Positions 1-9,088 of a stretch of 64,000 nt of DNA are shown piece by piece. Each line of letters starts with the position of its first letter. Within the stretch, counting starts at the first letter, position 1. The translations under genes and the position numbers were made by a program. Origin of the DNA: Candidatus Daviesbacteria bacterium. Lineage in GTDB: Bacteria > Patescibacteriota > Microgenomatia > Daviesbacterales > UBA10151. The stretch lies in NCBI GenBank assembly GCA_016187025.1, contig JACPKM010000001.1:245688-309687 (forward strand). Direction: 5' to 3'. The notes beneath the pieces were generated by a model. The model saw nothing but the letters and a program-made list of their open reading frames with translations, was not told the origin of the DNA and ran no database searches.

Positions 1-888
1 ATATCAAGAAGAGAGCCAGTAAGAAAGATTTTAGTAAACCTGCTCAAAAAAAGCTTGTCTCCAAGAAAAGTAGGTAGAAATACCAGATTAGGTATTGAAG
101 AGGATCATCTGACAGTAGCCGAATATAGGGCTTTGCAAAAAGAATTTAGAAATATTGATAACTTTGATATGAGTTTGTCTAGAATAGTAAAAAATAACTT
201 GGAAATAGAGAATATAAGGAAAGCTTGTCATCTGGGAGATGAAGCATTTTTGCATGTAATCAAGAAAATAAAACCTGGTATAGCAGAGCTGGAACTGGTC
301 TTTGAGCTGGAAAATTATATTAGAAAAAGCAGAGCGGATATATCCTTTAAAACAATTGTAGCTTTTGGTAAAAACTCAGCTTATCCTCATCACCAAGCAG
401 GCTTAACAAAGTTTGAAAATACTCCAGGCCAAATTATTCTGATGGATTTTGGAGTTAAGTTAAATAGCTATTGCTCTGATATGACAAGAACAGTATTTTT
501 TGGAAAACCTTCTACTAAACAGGAAAAGCTTTATGAAACTGTATTAGAGGCACAAAAAAAGGCGGTAGATTTTATAAATTCAAAGATTAAATCAGGTAAG
601 GCTATAAAGTGCGCAGAAGTAGATAAAATTGCCCGGGGTTTTATAACTCAAAAAGGCTATCCGTCTATCCCGCACTCTCTAGGACATGGGATAGGACTTG
701 AGGTTCATGAGCACCCAACCCTTTCACCTAAAAGTAAGGATTATTTACAAGAAGGGATGGTTTTTTCTATAGAGCCCGGGATATATATCCCAAATTTTGG
801 AGGAGTAAGAATAGAAGATCTATTTGTTTACGAAAGTAACGGACTCATACAAACTACAAAATCTTCTAAAAATTTGACAGTCATTTAG
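1..888 (+). CDS. Xaa-Pro aminopeptidase, M24 family (5' end lies outside the window)
   Basis: Frame is open from base 1. Metal-ligand motifs MDFG, SDMTRT, HSLGHGIGLEVHE, SIEPGIY and GVRIED are present. Confidence 0.93.
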   Translation: MSRREPVRKILVNLLKKSLSPRKVGRNTRLGIEEDHLTVAEYRALQKEFRNIDNFDMSLSRIVKNNLEIENIRKACHLGDEAFLHVIKKIKPGIAELELVFELENYIRKSRADISFKTIVAFGKNSAYPHHQAGLTKFENTPGQIILMDFGVKLNSYCSDMTRTVFFGKPSTKQEKLYETVLEAQKKAVDFINSKIKSGKAIKCAEVDKIARGFITQKGYPSIPHSLGHGIGLEVHEHPTLSPKSKDYLQEGMVFSIEPGIYIPNFGGVRIEDLFVYESNGLIQTTKSSKNLTVI

Positions 889-900
889 GAGAACAGCTGG

Positions 901-1446
901 TCATCTTTGGTAAAAGTAAAAACTTCCTGCACCTTTAATATCTTTTGATAAATCAAATTCATTGAATAGGTCTAGTTTTTTGTATGGTTTCCAGTTTGTA
1001 AAATGAAAAGTTTGGGTAATCACAATTGCTCTTTTAGGTAATTGGTTTCTAAGCTGTTTTTCAAGGCGGCTTACTCCTTTTGGAAGAAGATAAATATATA
1101 CAATATCTGCATCCTGGTAGTTTTTTGAAAATACATTTCCATGCAAGAATCTAGCATTAGATAAATTTAGCTTTTTTGCAACAATCTTTGAATAAACTAT
1201 TCTCAAAATTGATTGTTCAATACCAATACTTTCTGCACCCAGTTTTGCAGCTTCTATAACTACCCTGCCATCACCAGATCCCAGCTCATAGAATTTTTTA
1301 CCTTTTTTTACACCAGCAGTATTTAATATCTTTTTTAGCAGCTCTATTTTAGTTGGAACATATGGAGCATCAGATCCAGCAAACCATGAGATAGCTACCA
1401 GGCAACCAACCAAAAGACCACTTGAGATTGTTAGTATAAGCTCCAT
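901..1446 (-). CDS. Class I SAM-dependent methyltransferase with N-terminal membrane anchor
   Basis: APYVPT and motif I YELGSGDGRV; hydrophobic N-terminus. Confidence 0.85.
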   Translation of the reverse strand: MELILTISSGLLVGCLVAISWFAGSDAPYVPTKIELLKKILNTAGVKKGKKFYELGSGDGRVVIEAAKLGAESIGIEQSILRIVYSKIVAKKLNLSNARFLHGNVFSKNYQDADIVYIYLLPKGVSRLEKQLRNQLPKRAIVITQTFHFTNWKPYKKLDLFNEFDLSKDIKGAGSFYFYQR

Positions 1447-1455
1447 TTTTACATT

Positions 1456-2502
1456 TTATCTACTTAGAAGTTTTAGTAGAAATACCTTAACAGGGGTTAG
1501 TTTATCAACAAAAGTGAATAGCCAATAAAGAGGCCAGTTTAGTACAAGGTCATATGTGCCGATATATTCTACTAACTCTCCACCATAGCCTTGTTTGAAG
1601 CGATGAAAGCCATACCAGGGGTCTTTGGAGTCAGCACTCGGGCCCAGTGCTCCCCACATATCAAATTGTTTTAAGTTTAATTTTTTGCCAAGTCTTATTG
1701 CTTCCCAAGCTACTAAGTTATTTGACATTACTTCTTTATATTCAGTACTTGATCCACCATAGGGATAAAATAATGTATCCTTAAAATTTAATAACATCCA
1801 GGCTGTTAAGGGCTTGTTTTTGTAAAACCCAATCAAAAGCCTTGCCATCCCCGCCTTTTTTAAAGTATCCCAGATTTGTTTGTGATAAGAAGTATTGTGA
1901 CCATGGTAGTTTTGCCGTTTTGTAGTATCAAAATATAGTTTTAAATACATATCAAATGCTTTATCATCCATCCGCTCCTCAACTACTACACCGCGTTTTT
2001 GGGCCAGTCGGACATTATAGCGGGTTTTTGAATGCAGATTTTTGAATAATTCACCCTCTGTTTTATCAAGGCTTAATACGAAATTATATTTAGTAAAAAG
2101 AGGTTTAGGAGACTTGATGAATTGAGAATTGACAATGGAAAATTGAGAATTTTGATTTCTTTTTTTGTCCATTGCCCATTGTCTATTGTCCATTTCTATA
2201 TTTGGTTCAATTTTAATAAAAGCACAGTTTTTATCCTTGGCAATTTTTATTAATGCATCCGCTAAATCCTTATCAGGAAATGGACCTTTTGGTAAATATC
2301 CAACAGACTGGTTTACAAAGGGAATCTTATGAAAAGTTATCTGAAATGCTTTTACCAATTTTCCATTCCTGGACAGCCCATATCTTTCCAGTGGAGTACC
2401 CAAGCTTATTCTAGCCTCTCCCCATTCCCATGATTGCATAACATGAGTAATAACTAAGTTATAACTTTTTCTATCTTTTTCAGATAAACTTTTTAAATCC
2501 AT
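1456..2502 (-). CDS. FemAB/FemX-family peptidoglycan interpeptide-bridge aminoacyltransferase
   Basis: QSWEWGE, YLPKGP, KTRYNVRLAQKRGV, YPYGGS, FDMWG and GFHRFKQGYGG are FemABX hallmarks. Confidence 0.92.
   Translation of the reverse strand: MDLKSLSEKDRKSYNLVITHVMQSWEWGEARISLGTPLERYGLSRNGKLVKAFQITFHKIPFVNQSVGYLPKGPFPDKDLADALIKIAKDKNCAFIKIEPNIEMDNRQWAMDKKRNQNSQFSIVNSQFIKSPKPLFTKYNFVLSLDKTEGELFKNLHSKTRYNVRLAQKRGVVVEERMDDKAFDMYLKLYFDTTKRQNYHGHNTSYHKQIWDTLKKAGMARLLIGFYKNKPLTAWMLLNFKDTLFYPYGGSSTEYKEVMSNNLVAWEAIRLGKKLNLKQFDMWGALGPSADSKDPWYGFHRFKQGYGGELVEYIGTYDLVLNWPLYWLFTFVDKLTPVKVFLLKLLSR
2120..2193. repeat. Two opposed period-7 degenerate tandem arrays inside the femAB-like CDS
   Basis: aattgag/aattgac/aatggaa/aattgag/aattttg (2120-2154) and ttgtcca/ttgccca/ttgtcta/ttgtcca (2165-2192). 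Confidence 0.85.
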
Positions 2503-2545
2503 GAAGCTATTATATCAGTGGGTGAGGTTGGATTAGAATAGTATT

Positions 2546-3271
2546 TTAAAAGATCTTAATATCAGCTTGTTGTTTTAATTCTTGGAACTTTTGGGAAAAG
2601 ATTTGAGATACTTTTTGTTGTTTGATTAACTTCTCAGCTTCCACTTTTTGAGTAGCAGATTCACTGGCTGTTAATAGGGCTGAGTTTTGTTCAATAAATT
2701 TATCAACTTCTTCAGCAGACACAGTTGCTTCATTGGCATATAATTTTTCGACTGTTAGCTGAAGTTTAATTTGGTCTTTTAAGCCTTCTTTAGTTAAATT
2801 TTGTTGGGTCAGTAAGCTTTCAAAAGTCTCTTGTCCTCCAACACTTGTAATCAATTCTGAAATTTTGTTGTCTACTTCTTGGGAGGATACAGTGACATTT
2901 TGTTTTCTCGCAGCATCCAAAATAAGTTTTTCATTAATAATCTGGTTTAAAGTTTGGCTTCTATACTGCGCGTTCATTTTATTCAAAAGCTCAAAATTGG
3001 TAATTGGGCTACTATTGACAGTTCCTGCCACAAACCACTCTTTTTTCCAGAGTCCCAGAATTATCAGCGCCAAAACTACCAAAACTAGATAACCTCTTTT
3101 ATCCAGCTTAACTTTTTTTATATTATTTAATCTTTCTAAAATTTGATTGAGGAGGTTTTGACTAGCGTCTTTTTGCGTTAGTTCAGGTTTTGATTGCTTT
3201 ACAGTTTTTGGTTTTTGACTTATTTGCGCAGTAGTTGCGTTTGTCTTTGATTTTTGAGTTTTTCTTGCCAT
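2546..3271 (-). CDS. SurA N-terminal-domain (PrsA-like) membrane-anchored chaperone
   Basis: One TM helix, then VAGTVNSSPIT...TLNQIINEKLILDAA and a C-terminal LKQQADIKIF; no PPIase domain visible. Confidence 0.75.
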   Translation of the reverse strand: MARKTQKSKTNATTAQISQKPKTVKQSKPELTQKDASQNLLNQILERLNNIKKVKLDKRGYLVLVVLALIILGLWKKEWFVAGTVNSSPITNFELLNKMNAQYRSQTLNQIINEKLILDAARKQNVTVSSQEVDNKISELITSVGGQETFESLLTQQNLTKEGLKDQIKLQLTVEKLYANEATVSAEEVDKFIEQNSALLTASESATQKVEAEKLIKQQKVSQIFSQKFQELKQQADIKIF

Positions 3272-3329
3272 GTGGCCGATAATAACACAGCAGTTTTTAT
3301 TAATGCAAGATATCAGATATAATAAAATA

Positions 3330-4145
3330 GTGCATTTCTACTTTGCTCAGTGTTATAATCAAAAAGGTTTTGCCCAACCCTTTTTGATTATTGCAGTTTT
3401 AATACTTGTGGCTTTTGGAGTTTACCGATTAACAACTCCTCTTTCTACCTCTAACCCCCCAAGCACCCTAAGCTCCCCAACTGTCCCCGATGTGTCCGAG
3501 TTTAATAATTATTCAAATGAGTCTCTGGGGTTTTTATTTAAGCATGCAAAGAATCTAGCAGTTAAGCAAGACTCAGAGGAAGAATTTAATAAAAGAGAGA
3601 ATGGGGATTTCAGGAAAAATTTTAAAGGATATGTGATGTATGAGCCGGCTCAAGTCTTAGGAGCGGTAACTGTGTTAGAAAAGGATAACTCTTTTGATTT
3701 AGCGCCGTTTTCTGTTTGGGTTTTTGACAATTCTGAACAGTTAAATAGCTCTCAATGGTTTGAAAAGTACTGGTTTTATCCTTATCTTTGGGGAGTTTTT
3801 TCAGAGCCAGATAAAGGCCATATCAGGCCTGAAAAAGAGGCTACAGTATCCGGACAAACTGTTAAATATTCAGTAGTTTCATATCAGCCCGGTTCCCCGA
3901 AATATATCTTGATTTCACAAAACCAACGGATATATTTGCTAAGGGTGGTAGGTGGTGAGGGAGAGAAGATTTTACAAAGCTTTAAATTTGGGGGGAGTCA
4001 AGATAAGACTGCTTATACCTGTCCACAGAATGGTTGGGAAAATTGTATGCCCGTTTTGACGCCTGAAAGTCAAAAGCAGTGTAGTGAAGAAGCTTTGAGT
4101 TGGAAAAAAATAAACTGTTCTAATTTCAAAGGGGCGGCTTATTAG
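3330..4145 (+). CDS. Pilin-like (class III signal peptide) exported protein, PsbP-like domain
   Basis: QKGF followed by a hydrophobic helix, a P/S/T linker, YSNESLGFLFKH and a Cys-rich C-terminal module. GTG 3330 preferred because TATAAT lies 6 nt upstream. Confidence 0.6.
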   Translation: MHFYFAQCYNQKGFAQPFLIIAVLILVAFGVYRLTTPLSTSNPPSTLSSPTVPDVSEFNNYSNESLGFLFKHAKNLAVKQDSEEEFNKRENGDFRKNFKGYVMYEPAQVLGAVTVLEKDNSFDLAPFSVWVFDNSEQLNSSQWFEKYWFYPYLWGVFSEPDKGHIRPEKEATVSGQTVKYSVVSYQPGSPKYILISQNQRIYLLRVVGGEGEKILQSFKFGGSQDKTAYTCPQNGWENCMPVLTPESQKQCSEEALSWKKINCSNFKGAAY

Positions 4146-4153
4146 ATGTTATA

Positions 4154-4249
4154 ATGATAATAACAACAGTTGGTGGAGCATATTATTTTTGTAAATCCCA
4201 AGCCACAAAACCTCAGTCACAAAACCCTGAATTTGTAGGCTGGTATTGA
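4154..4249 (+). pseudogene. Remnant of the N-terminal part of a paralogue of the 5100-5726 pilin-like gene
   Basis: Reads MIITTVGGAYYFCKSQATKPQSQNP versus GIVAGGAYYFGKSQVAKPQQQNA in 5100-5726; 37/45 nt identical by hand count (4172-4216 vs 5163-5207). Confidence 0.75.
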
Positions 4250-4268
4250 AGGTGCTATACTTCATAGC

Positions 4269-4676
4269 ATGATAGACGATAAACTCATTTCACAAATTCA
4301 GCAGGCTCTATCTAAAGAACCTAAGATCAAATTGGCCTATGTTTTAGGTTCTACTGTTAGCGGAAGAGTAAAAACCGACAGCGATTTTGATTTAGCAGTA
4401 GTGACAGATGATAAGGCTCAGGTAAGTTACGATCAGATCTATCAGCTAATCTCCGGTTTAAGTTTTCCTAAAGATTTAGATTTATCCATAGTTGATAAAA
4501 ACTCTTCCCCGCTTTTTTTATTTCAAATTACCAGTACAGGCGAGTGTGTTTACCAAAAATCTGATACTGAGGGAATTGCTTTTGAAGCGTATGCTATGAA
4601 AAATTATTATGATACTGCTCACTTAAGAAGTATCTACTCCTCTTATCTAAAAGAAAGGTTTCCGTATGCCCATTAA
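4269..4676 (+). CDS. mntA: MNT minimal nucleotidyltransferase antitoxin (type VII TA)
   Basis: GS-X10-DXD motif (GSTVSGRVKTDSDFD); overlaps the downstream HEPN gene. Confidence 0.9.
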   Translation: MIDDKLISQIQQALSKEPKIKLAYVLGSTVSGRVKTDSDFDLAVVTDDKAQVSYDQIYQLISGLSFPKDLDLSIVDKNSSPLFLFQITSTGECVYQKSDTEGIAFEAYAMKNYYDTAHLRSIYSSYLKERFPYAH

Positions 4677-5088
4677 TAAAACTCTGGTTTTTAAAAAGCT
4701 GGATTTCTTAAATAGCTATCTTCATAAAATAGAGAGTATGGATTTTAGCGAGGAAGCTTTTGTGGAGGATGCTGATATTCATGATCTGATAGTTTTTCGG
4801 TTGCAGCAGGCGGTAGAAACATGTATTGATATAGCAGCACATATTATTGCTGGTCTGGATGCGCCACAAAAAGAGACAGCAAAAGATGCCTTTATATTCT
4901 TAGGTGAGAAGGAAATTATAGATGTTGATTTAGCAAAAAGAATGGGCCAGGCAGCAGATTTTAGAAATAGGGCAGTCCATGGATACAATAATTTTGATTA
5001 CAGGTTACTCTTTAAAGATTATAGAGAAGACCTAAAAGATCTCCGCCAATTTGGAGCAGAAATAATTAAATATCTGGAAGGCGTATAA
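4666..5088 (+). CDS. hepT: HEPN/DUF86 ribonuclease toxin
   Basis: R-X4-H-X-Y motif (RNRAVHGY) and LQQAVETCIDIAAHI. Confidence 0.9.
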   Translation: MPINKTLVFKKLDFLNSYLHKIESMDFSEEAFVEDADIHDLIVFRLQQAVETCIDIAAHIIAGLDAPQKETAKDAFIFLGEKEIIDVDLAKRMGQAADFRNRAVHGYNNFDYRLLFKDYREDLKDLRQFGAEIIKYLEGV

Positions 5089-5099
5089 AGCTGGAATTT

Positions 5100-5726
5100 A
5101 TGCAAAAAGGACAAACAGCCGTTCTGGTTGTGTTGGGAATACTAATCTTGGGAATTGTCGCCGGCGGAGCGTATTATTTTGGAAAATCCCAAGTCGCAAA
5201 ACCACAACAGCAGAATGCTGTAATTACTTCTCAAACCTCACAGCTAACTCCTGCCTCAAGTCCTAGTCCGGTTGATGAAACAGCCAATTGGAAAGCATAT
5301 AAAGATTCAAAATATGCATATTCATTTAAGTACCCTAATACTTGGTATCTTGTATCTGTTGAAGGAGATCAAAAACTTTATAATGTGCCTCCGGAAACTG
5401 CTGGCCCAGCTTACGAAATTTCTTTTTTTGTTGCTCCCATTAGTAGGGGAATTAATCTATCAGACCGAATTGGGGCCGGAAAAGAAGTGGCGGATAAAGT
5501 GTTTGAGGAGAAAACGGGTGATTATAATTTAGGTAATGTATCGGGTGCTAAGATAAAGACCGAAGTACTAAGTGGTAGTCAAACAGACGCTGTTCCTACG
5601 ATAGGTGTAAAAATTGCTCTGAATACGTTGGAGGTTTTATATGTTGAAATGATATGTACTGAAAGCAACTGCACTACCATCGATGAATTATTTGATCAAA
5701 TTCTTTCAAGTCTTCGGTTAAAGTAG
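5100..5726 (+). CDS. Pilin-like exported protein with PsbP-related domain
   Basis: MQKGQ plus hydrophobic helix, TANWKAY..YSFKYPNTW and C-terminal FDQILSSLRL. Confidence 0.7.
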   Translation: MQKGQTAVLVVLGILILGIVAGGAYYFGKSQVAKPQQQNAVITSQTSQLTPASSPSPVDETANWKAYKDSKYAYSFKYPNTWYLVSVEGDQKLYNVPPETAGPAYEISFFVAPISRGINLSDRIGAGKEVADKVFEEKTGDYNLGNVSGAKIKTEVLSGSQTDAVPTIGVKIALNTLEVLYVEMICTESNCTTIDELFDQILSSLRLK

Positions 5727-6413
5727 ATAGATATCCACAAATCTTGCACTCCAGCCGGCTGTGCGGGCATCATTAAATCCTAAGTCTATAATATTTCCTT
5801 TGATTGCTCCACCAGTGTCACCGGCAACAGCTTCTCCATACCCCGGGATATAGACTTTAGATCGCATTGGTATAACTTTCGGATCAACTGCAATTACTCC
5901 TTTTCCAGCCCTCATTCCAATTGCAGTCCACTCATCACAACCTGGGCATTTTGAATCATAGTGTGTTGCATAAACTCTCATTTTCTTCCAGTATTTAATC
6001 TCTCCATCTGCAGTGCTCAAAGTTTTCCAAACAATTTTTGTTCCTCTCGATATTTTTTTATCTTTTGCTGGGGTAGTATCTATTGATACAACCTCCCGGT
6101 TATATTCTTTGTTGTCATAGTAGGTAATCTTGATTATCTTTACTTTTTTCCCAGCTCCTCCTTCTTCTAAAACTTTTTCTTCTCCTGCTTCTGTTTCTGG
6201 GTCGTCTTCGTAAACGGTTTTTTTGGGAATAATCTCAACATTCTCCTCTAGTTTGTCTGTAAATCTAGATTGAGTTTCAAGTGGTTGATATGCAGGAAGC
6301 TTATGATCACCTTCCTCGATACTGGCCTGAACTGGAGGTGGGAAGATTGGCCAGATGAATCTGGCTGTTAAAAGCAAAACTGCTATCAGAAAAAATCCCC
6401 AGTATCGGTCCAT
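5718..6413 (-). CDS. G5 + 3D domain cell-wall protein (MltA-like 3D lytic domain)
   Basis: IAVDPKVIP, AGDTGGAIKGNIIDLG (three Asp); G5-like segment upstream; N-terminal TM. Confidence 0.88.
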   Translation of the reverse strand: MDRYWGFFLIAVLLLTARFIWPIFPPPVQASIEEGDHKLPAYQPLETQSRFTDKLEENVEIIPKKTVYEDDPETEAGEEKVLEEGGAGKKVKIIKITYYDNKEYNREVVSIDTTPAKDKKISRGTKIVWKTLSTADGEIKYWKKMRVYATHYDSKCPGCDEWTAIGMRAGKGVIAVDPKVIPMRSKVYIPGYGEAVAGDTGGAIKGNIIDLGFNDARTAGWSARFVDIYLL

Positions 6414-8281
6414 TAGCTATTTAGCCAGTCATCTGCATCAATCTGACTGATATCAGAATCGATTATATCATCTGAATTCTTAAAATCACTGTAATTGGTG
6501 TTGCTGATTATTAGCTTCTCTGGAATATCAGACAAAAACCTGGAAACCAAGTTATTTGATCTTTGGCCAAAATATAACCTTTGTCTTGTATAGGTTAAAA
6601 AAAGCTTTTCCTTTGCCCTTGTGATGCCAACATAGCAAAGTCTTCTTTCTTCTTCCAGTTCATTCGGATCAAGCATTGAACGGGAATGGGGAAATAACCC
6701 CTCTTCCATTCCTATCATAAATACAATGGGAAACTCCAGTCCCTTTGCACTGTGGAGAGTCATTAAAGTCACAGCATTCACTTCCTCTTTTCCTTTTAAA
6801 GCTTTTTTAGGCAGGTTACCATTTTCAACCAGCGCGGCATTTTCTAAAAATTCAATTAAATTAGGAAACTCTTCCGCAACAGAAAGTAGCTCTTTGACAT
6901 TTTCTACTCTGCCTTTTCCCACCTCTGTTCCATCATCTATATATGCTAAATACCTGGTTTTTGATAAAGCTTTTTCAAGCAGTTCTCTGGTTGTATAAGA
7001 TGTTGGATTTATAGCAATTTCTTGGTAAATTTCTAAAACCTGAGAAAGTCTACCTTTGCCAATTTTTTCAGCGCGTTTTAGGGCAACAGAATCTTGAGGA
7101 TTTTGCAAAAGCCTAAGGTAGGACAGAATGTCCTTAATCTCTTTTCTTTCATAAAATGAAACCCCGCCAAATAACTTATATGGCACACCAGACCTTAAAA
7201 ATTGTTCTTCCAAAGCACGGGATTGTGCATTAGTTCTATAAAGCACTGCGTAATTCGACAACCTTTTTTTGTCTATTTGGGAAAGAATAAATAGCGCTTC
7301 TTCTACCTCATTTCTGGTTTCAACTATCTCAATTTTTTCTCCGCCATCTTTGTCAGTCCACAGTTTTAAAATCGGATGAGTTCTATTTTTGGAAATGATT
7401 GCATGGGCTGCATCCAAAATGTTTTGAGTAGAGCGGTAGTTTTGTTCCAGATAGAAAATTTTTGCGCCGGGATAATCCTTTTCAAAATTAATTATATTTC
7501 GGTAGTCTGCGCTTCTGAATGAGTATATCGACTGGCTGGCATCTCCAACCACACAGATATTTTTGTGACGGTTTGCTAAATACTTGGAAATTAGGTATTG
7601 CGCCGGGTTTGTATCCTGGTATTCATCTATTAAGATATATTGAAATTGTATTTGGTAGCGTGTAAGAATTGTTGGTTCTGCCTGAAACAGGCGGATGGTT
7701 TTTAATAAAAGATCGTCAAAATCTAAAGCCTGGTTTCTTTCTAAAATCTTTTGATATTCCAAATATATTTTGGCTACAGTTTCCTGGAAAAAGCCTCGGG
7801 CATATTGAGGATATTCGGTTGCAGAAATCAGTTCGTTTTTTGCACCAGAAATAGTGCTTCTTACAGCATAAGGTGAGGTTTTTTGAATAGGGATTTTTAA
7901 ATTACCCATGGCTTCTTTGATAGCATCCAGTGCGTCTTTTTCATCATAGATTGCAAAACCCGGGGGAAGCCCCAACACTTGTCCTTCACGGCGAAGTATT
8001 TTGGCACAAAATGAATGAAATGTTCCCATAACAGGTAAAGTGGGTAAATCGCCGATTAATTTTTTAATTCTTTTAATCATCTCGCCGGCTGCTTTATTGG
8101 TAAAAGTTAAGGTTAAGATATTTTCTGGGGAGATCTTTTTTTCAGCAATAAGATATGCAACACGATATGTTAAGACCCTCGTTTTTCCGGATCCTGCCCC
8201 GGCCAAAATTAAACAAGGTCCTTCTGTATTTTTGACAGCTTCCTGTTGTTCGGGATTTAGATCATCAAGAAGAGCAGACAT
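6413..8281 (-). CDS. pcrA: ATP-dependent DNA helicase PcrA/UvrD
   Basis: AGAGSGKTRVL, DEYQDTN, LEQNYRST, TLHSAKGLEF, EEERRLCYVGITRA. ATG 8281 chosen because an extended -10 lies 7 nt upstream. Confidence 0.96.
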   Translation of the reverse strand: MSALLDDLNPEQQEAVKNTEGPCLILAGAGSGKTRVLTYRVAYLIAEKKISPENILTLTFTNKAAGEMIKRIKKLIGDLPTLPVMGTFHSFCAKILRREGQVLGLPPGFAIYDEKDALDAIKEAMGNLKIPIQKTSPYAVRSTISGAKNELISATEYPQYARGFFQETVAKIYLEYQKILERNQALDFDDLLLKTIRLFQAEPTILTRYQIQFQYILIDEYQDTNPAQYLISKYLANRHKNICVVGDASQSIYSFRSADYRNIINFEKDYPGAKIFYLEQNYRSTQNILDAAHAIISKNRTHPILKLWTDKDGGEKIEIVETRNEVEEALFILSQIDKKRLSNYAVLYRTNAQSRALEEQFLRSGVPYKLFGGVSFYERKEIKDILSYLRLLQNPQDSVALKRAEKIGKGRLSQVLEIYQEIAINPTSYTTRELLEKALSKTRYLAYIDDGTEVGKGRVENVKELLSVAEEFPNLIEFLENAALVENGNLPKKALKGKEEVNAVTLMTLHSAKGLEFPIVFMIGMEEGLFPHSRSMLDPNELEEERRLCYVGITRAKEKLFLTYTRQRLYFGQRSNNLVSRFLSDIPEKLIISNTNYSDFKNSDDIIDSDISQIDADDWLNS

Positions 8282-8303
8282 GGTGCATATCTTAACACCA
8301 GGA

Positions 8304-8324
8304 CTAGCTTTTGACAAAAGCTAG
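8304..8324. terminator. Perfect 9-bp hairpin between the Clp-N gene and pcrA (terminator or operator)
   Basis: ctagctttt-gac-aaaagctag. Confidence 0.4.
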
Positions 8325-8364
8325 GACACCCGCTACTTACCACTTAGTCCAAAAGAAATTTATA

Positions 8365-9021
8365 TCACGAAGAGGTCCTGCGACGTCTATCAAATTGCGC
8401 ATACAAAACAGCCTCCCGTACATCAGTAAGGGAATGCCCTAAGGATTCCAGTATACTGGCTCCTATATTTTCACCTTCCAGTACCAGACCTAAGAGAAGG
8501 TGTTCCCCTGTGGTCTGTAGATGTTCTAATCTTTGTGCCGCATATCCTGCATGTTCTATAACTGTTCTTGCTCGTGGTGTCAAACCAGGAAACCCTTGTG
8601 TAGGTCTATCGCCTCGTTCAATCATAAATTCTACTGCACTGTGAACCTTTGCTTTATTCACACCAAGATCACTAAGAATTGGTGCTGCCGGGCATCCTTC
8701 GTGAAGCATTGCCAAAATTAAATGTTCAGTACCTATATATTGATGATTAAAGCTTTTTGCTACTTCAAAACAATCAAGTGTAAGTGTTGCTTGGAGATCA
8801 AAAGAAAAATCCCTTCCTCGAAATTCCGGATATAAAAAATCAAATAACTGCCTTACGGCTTCAGGATCTCTGTCAGTAGTAGTTGCTAAAAGCTCTTCCT
8901 GCCGAAATTTTCTATAAGTACCACGAGCTGCCTCAAGCTGCCCTATCATTAACTCTCTCTCGCCTTGAGGAATATCCCCTCTAGTAAGTATCCTATCACC
9001 AGCTTTGATCCATTCTCGCAT
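8365..9021 (-). CDS. Stand-alone Clp N-terminal (ClpC-type repeat) domain protein
   Basis: Two Clp repeats: NHQYIGTEHLILAML and LTPRARTVIEHA...TGEHLLLGLVLEGENIGASIL; no AAA+ domain. Confidence 0.85.
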   Translation of the reverse strand: MREWIKAGDRILTRGDIPQGERELMIGQLEAARGTYRKFRQEELLATTTDRDPEAVRQLFDFLYPEFRGRDFSFDLQATLTLDCFEVAKSFNHQYIGTEHLILAMLHEGCPAAPILSDLGVNKAKVHSAVEFMIERGDRPTQGFPGLTPRARTVIEHAGYAAQRLEHLQTTGEHLLLGLVLEGENIGASILESLGHSLTDVREAVLYAQFDRRRRTSS

Positions 9022-9088
9022 ATGTAGTCGAATGCTAACTCACTATAAGTCATTTGTCAATACTATGCCATATATCTTGTTTTATTGT

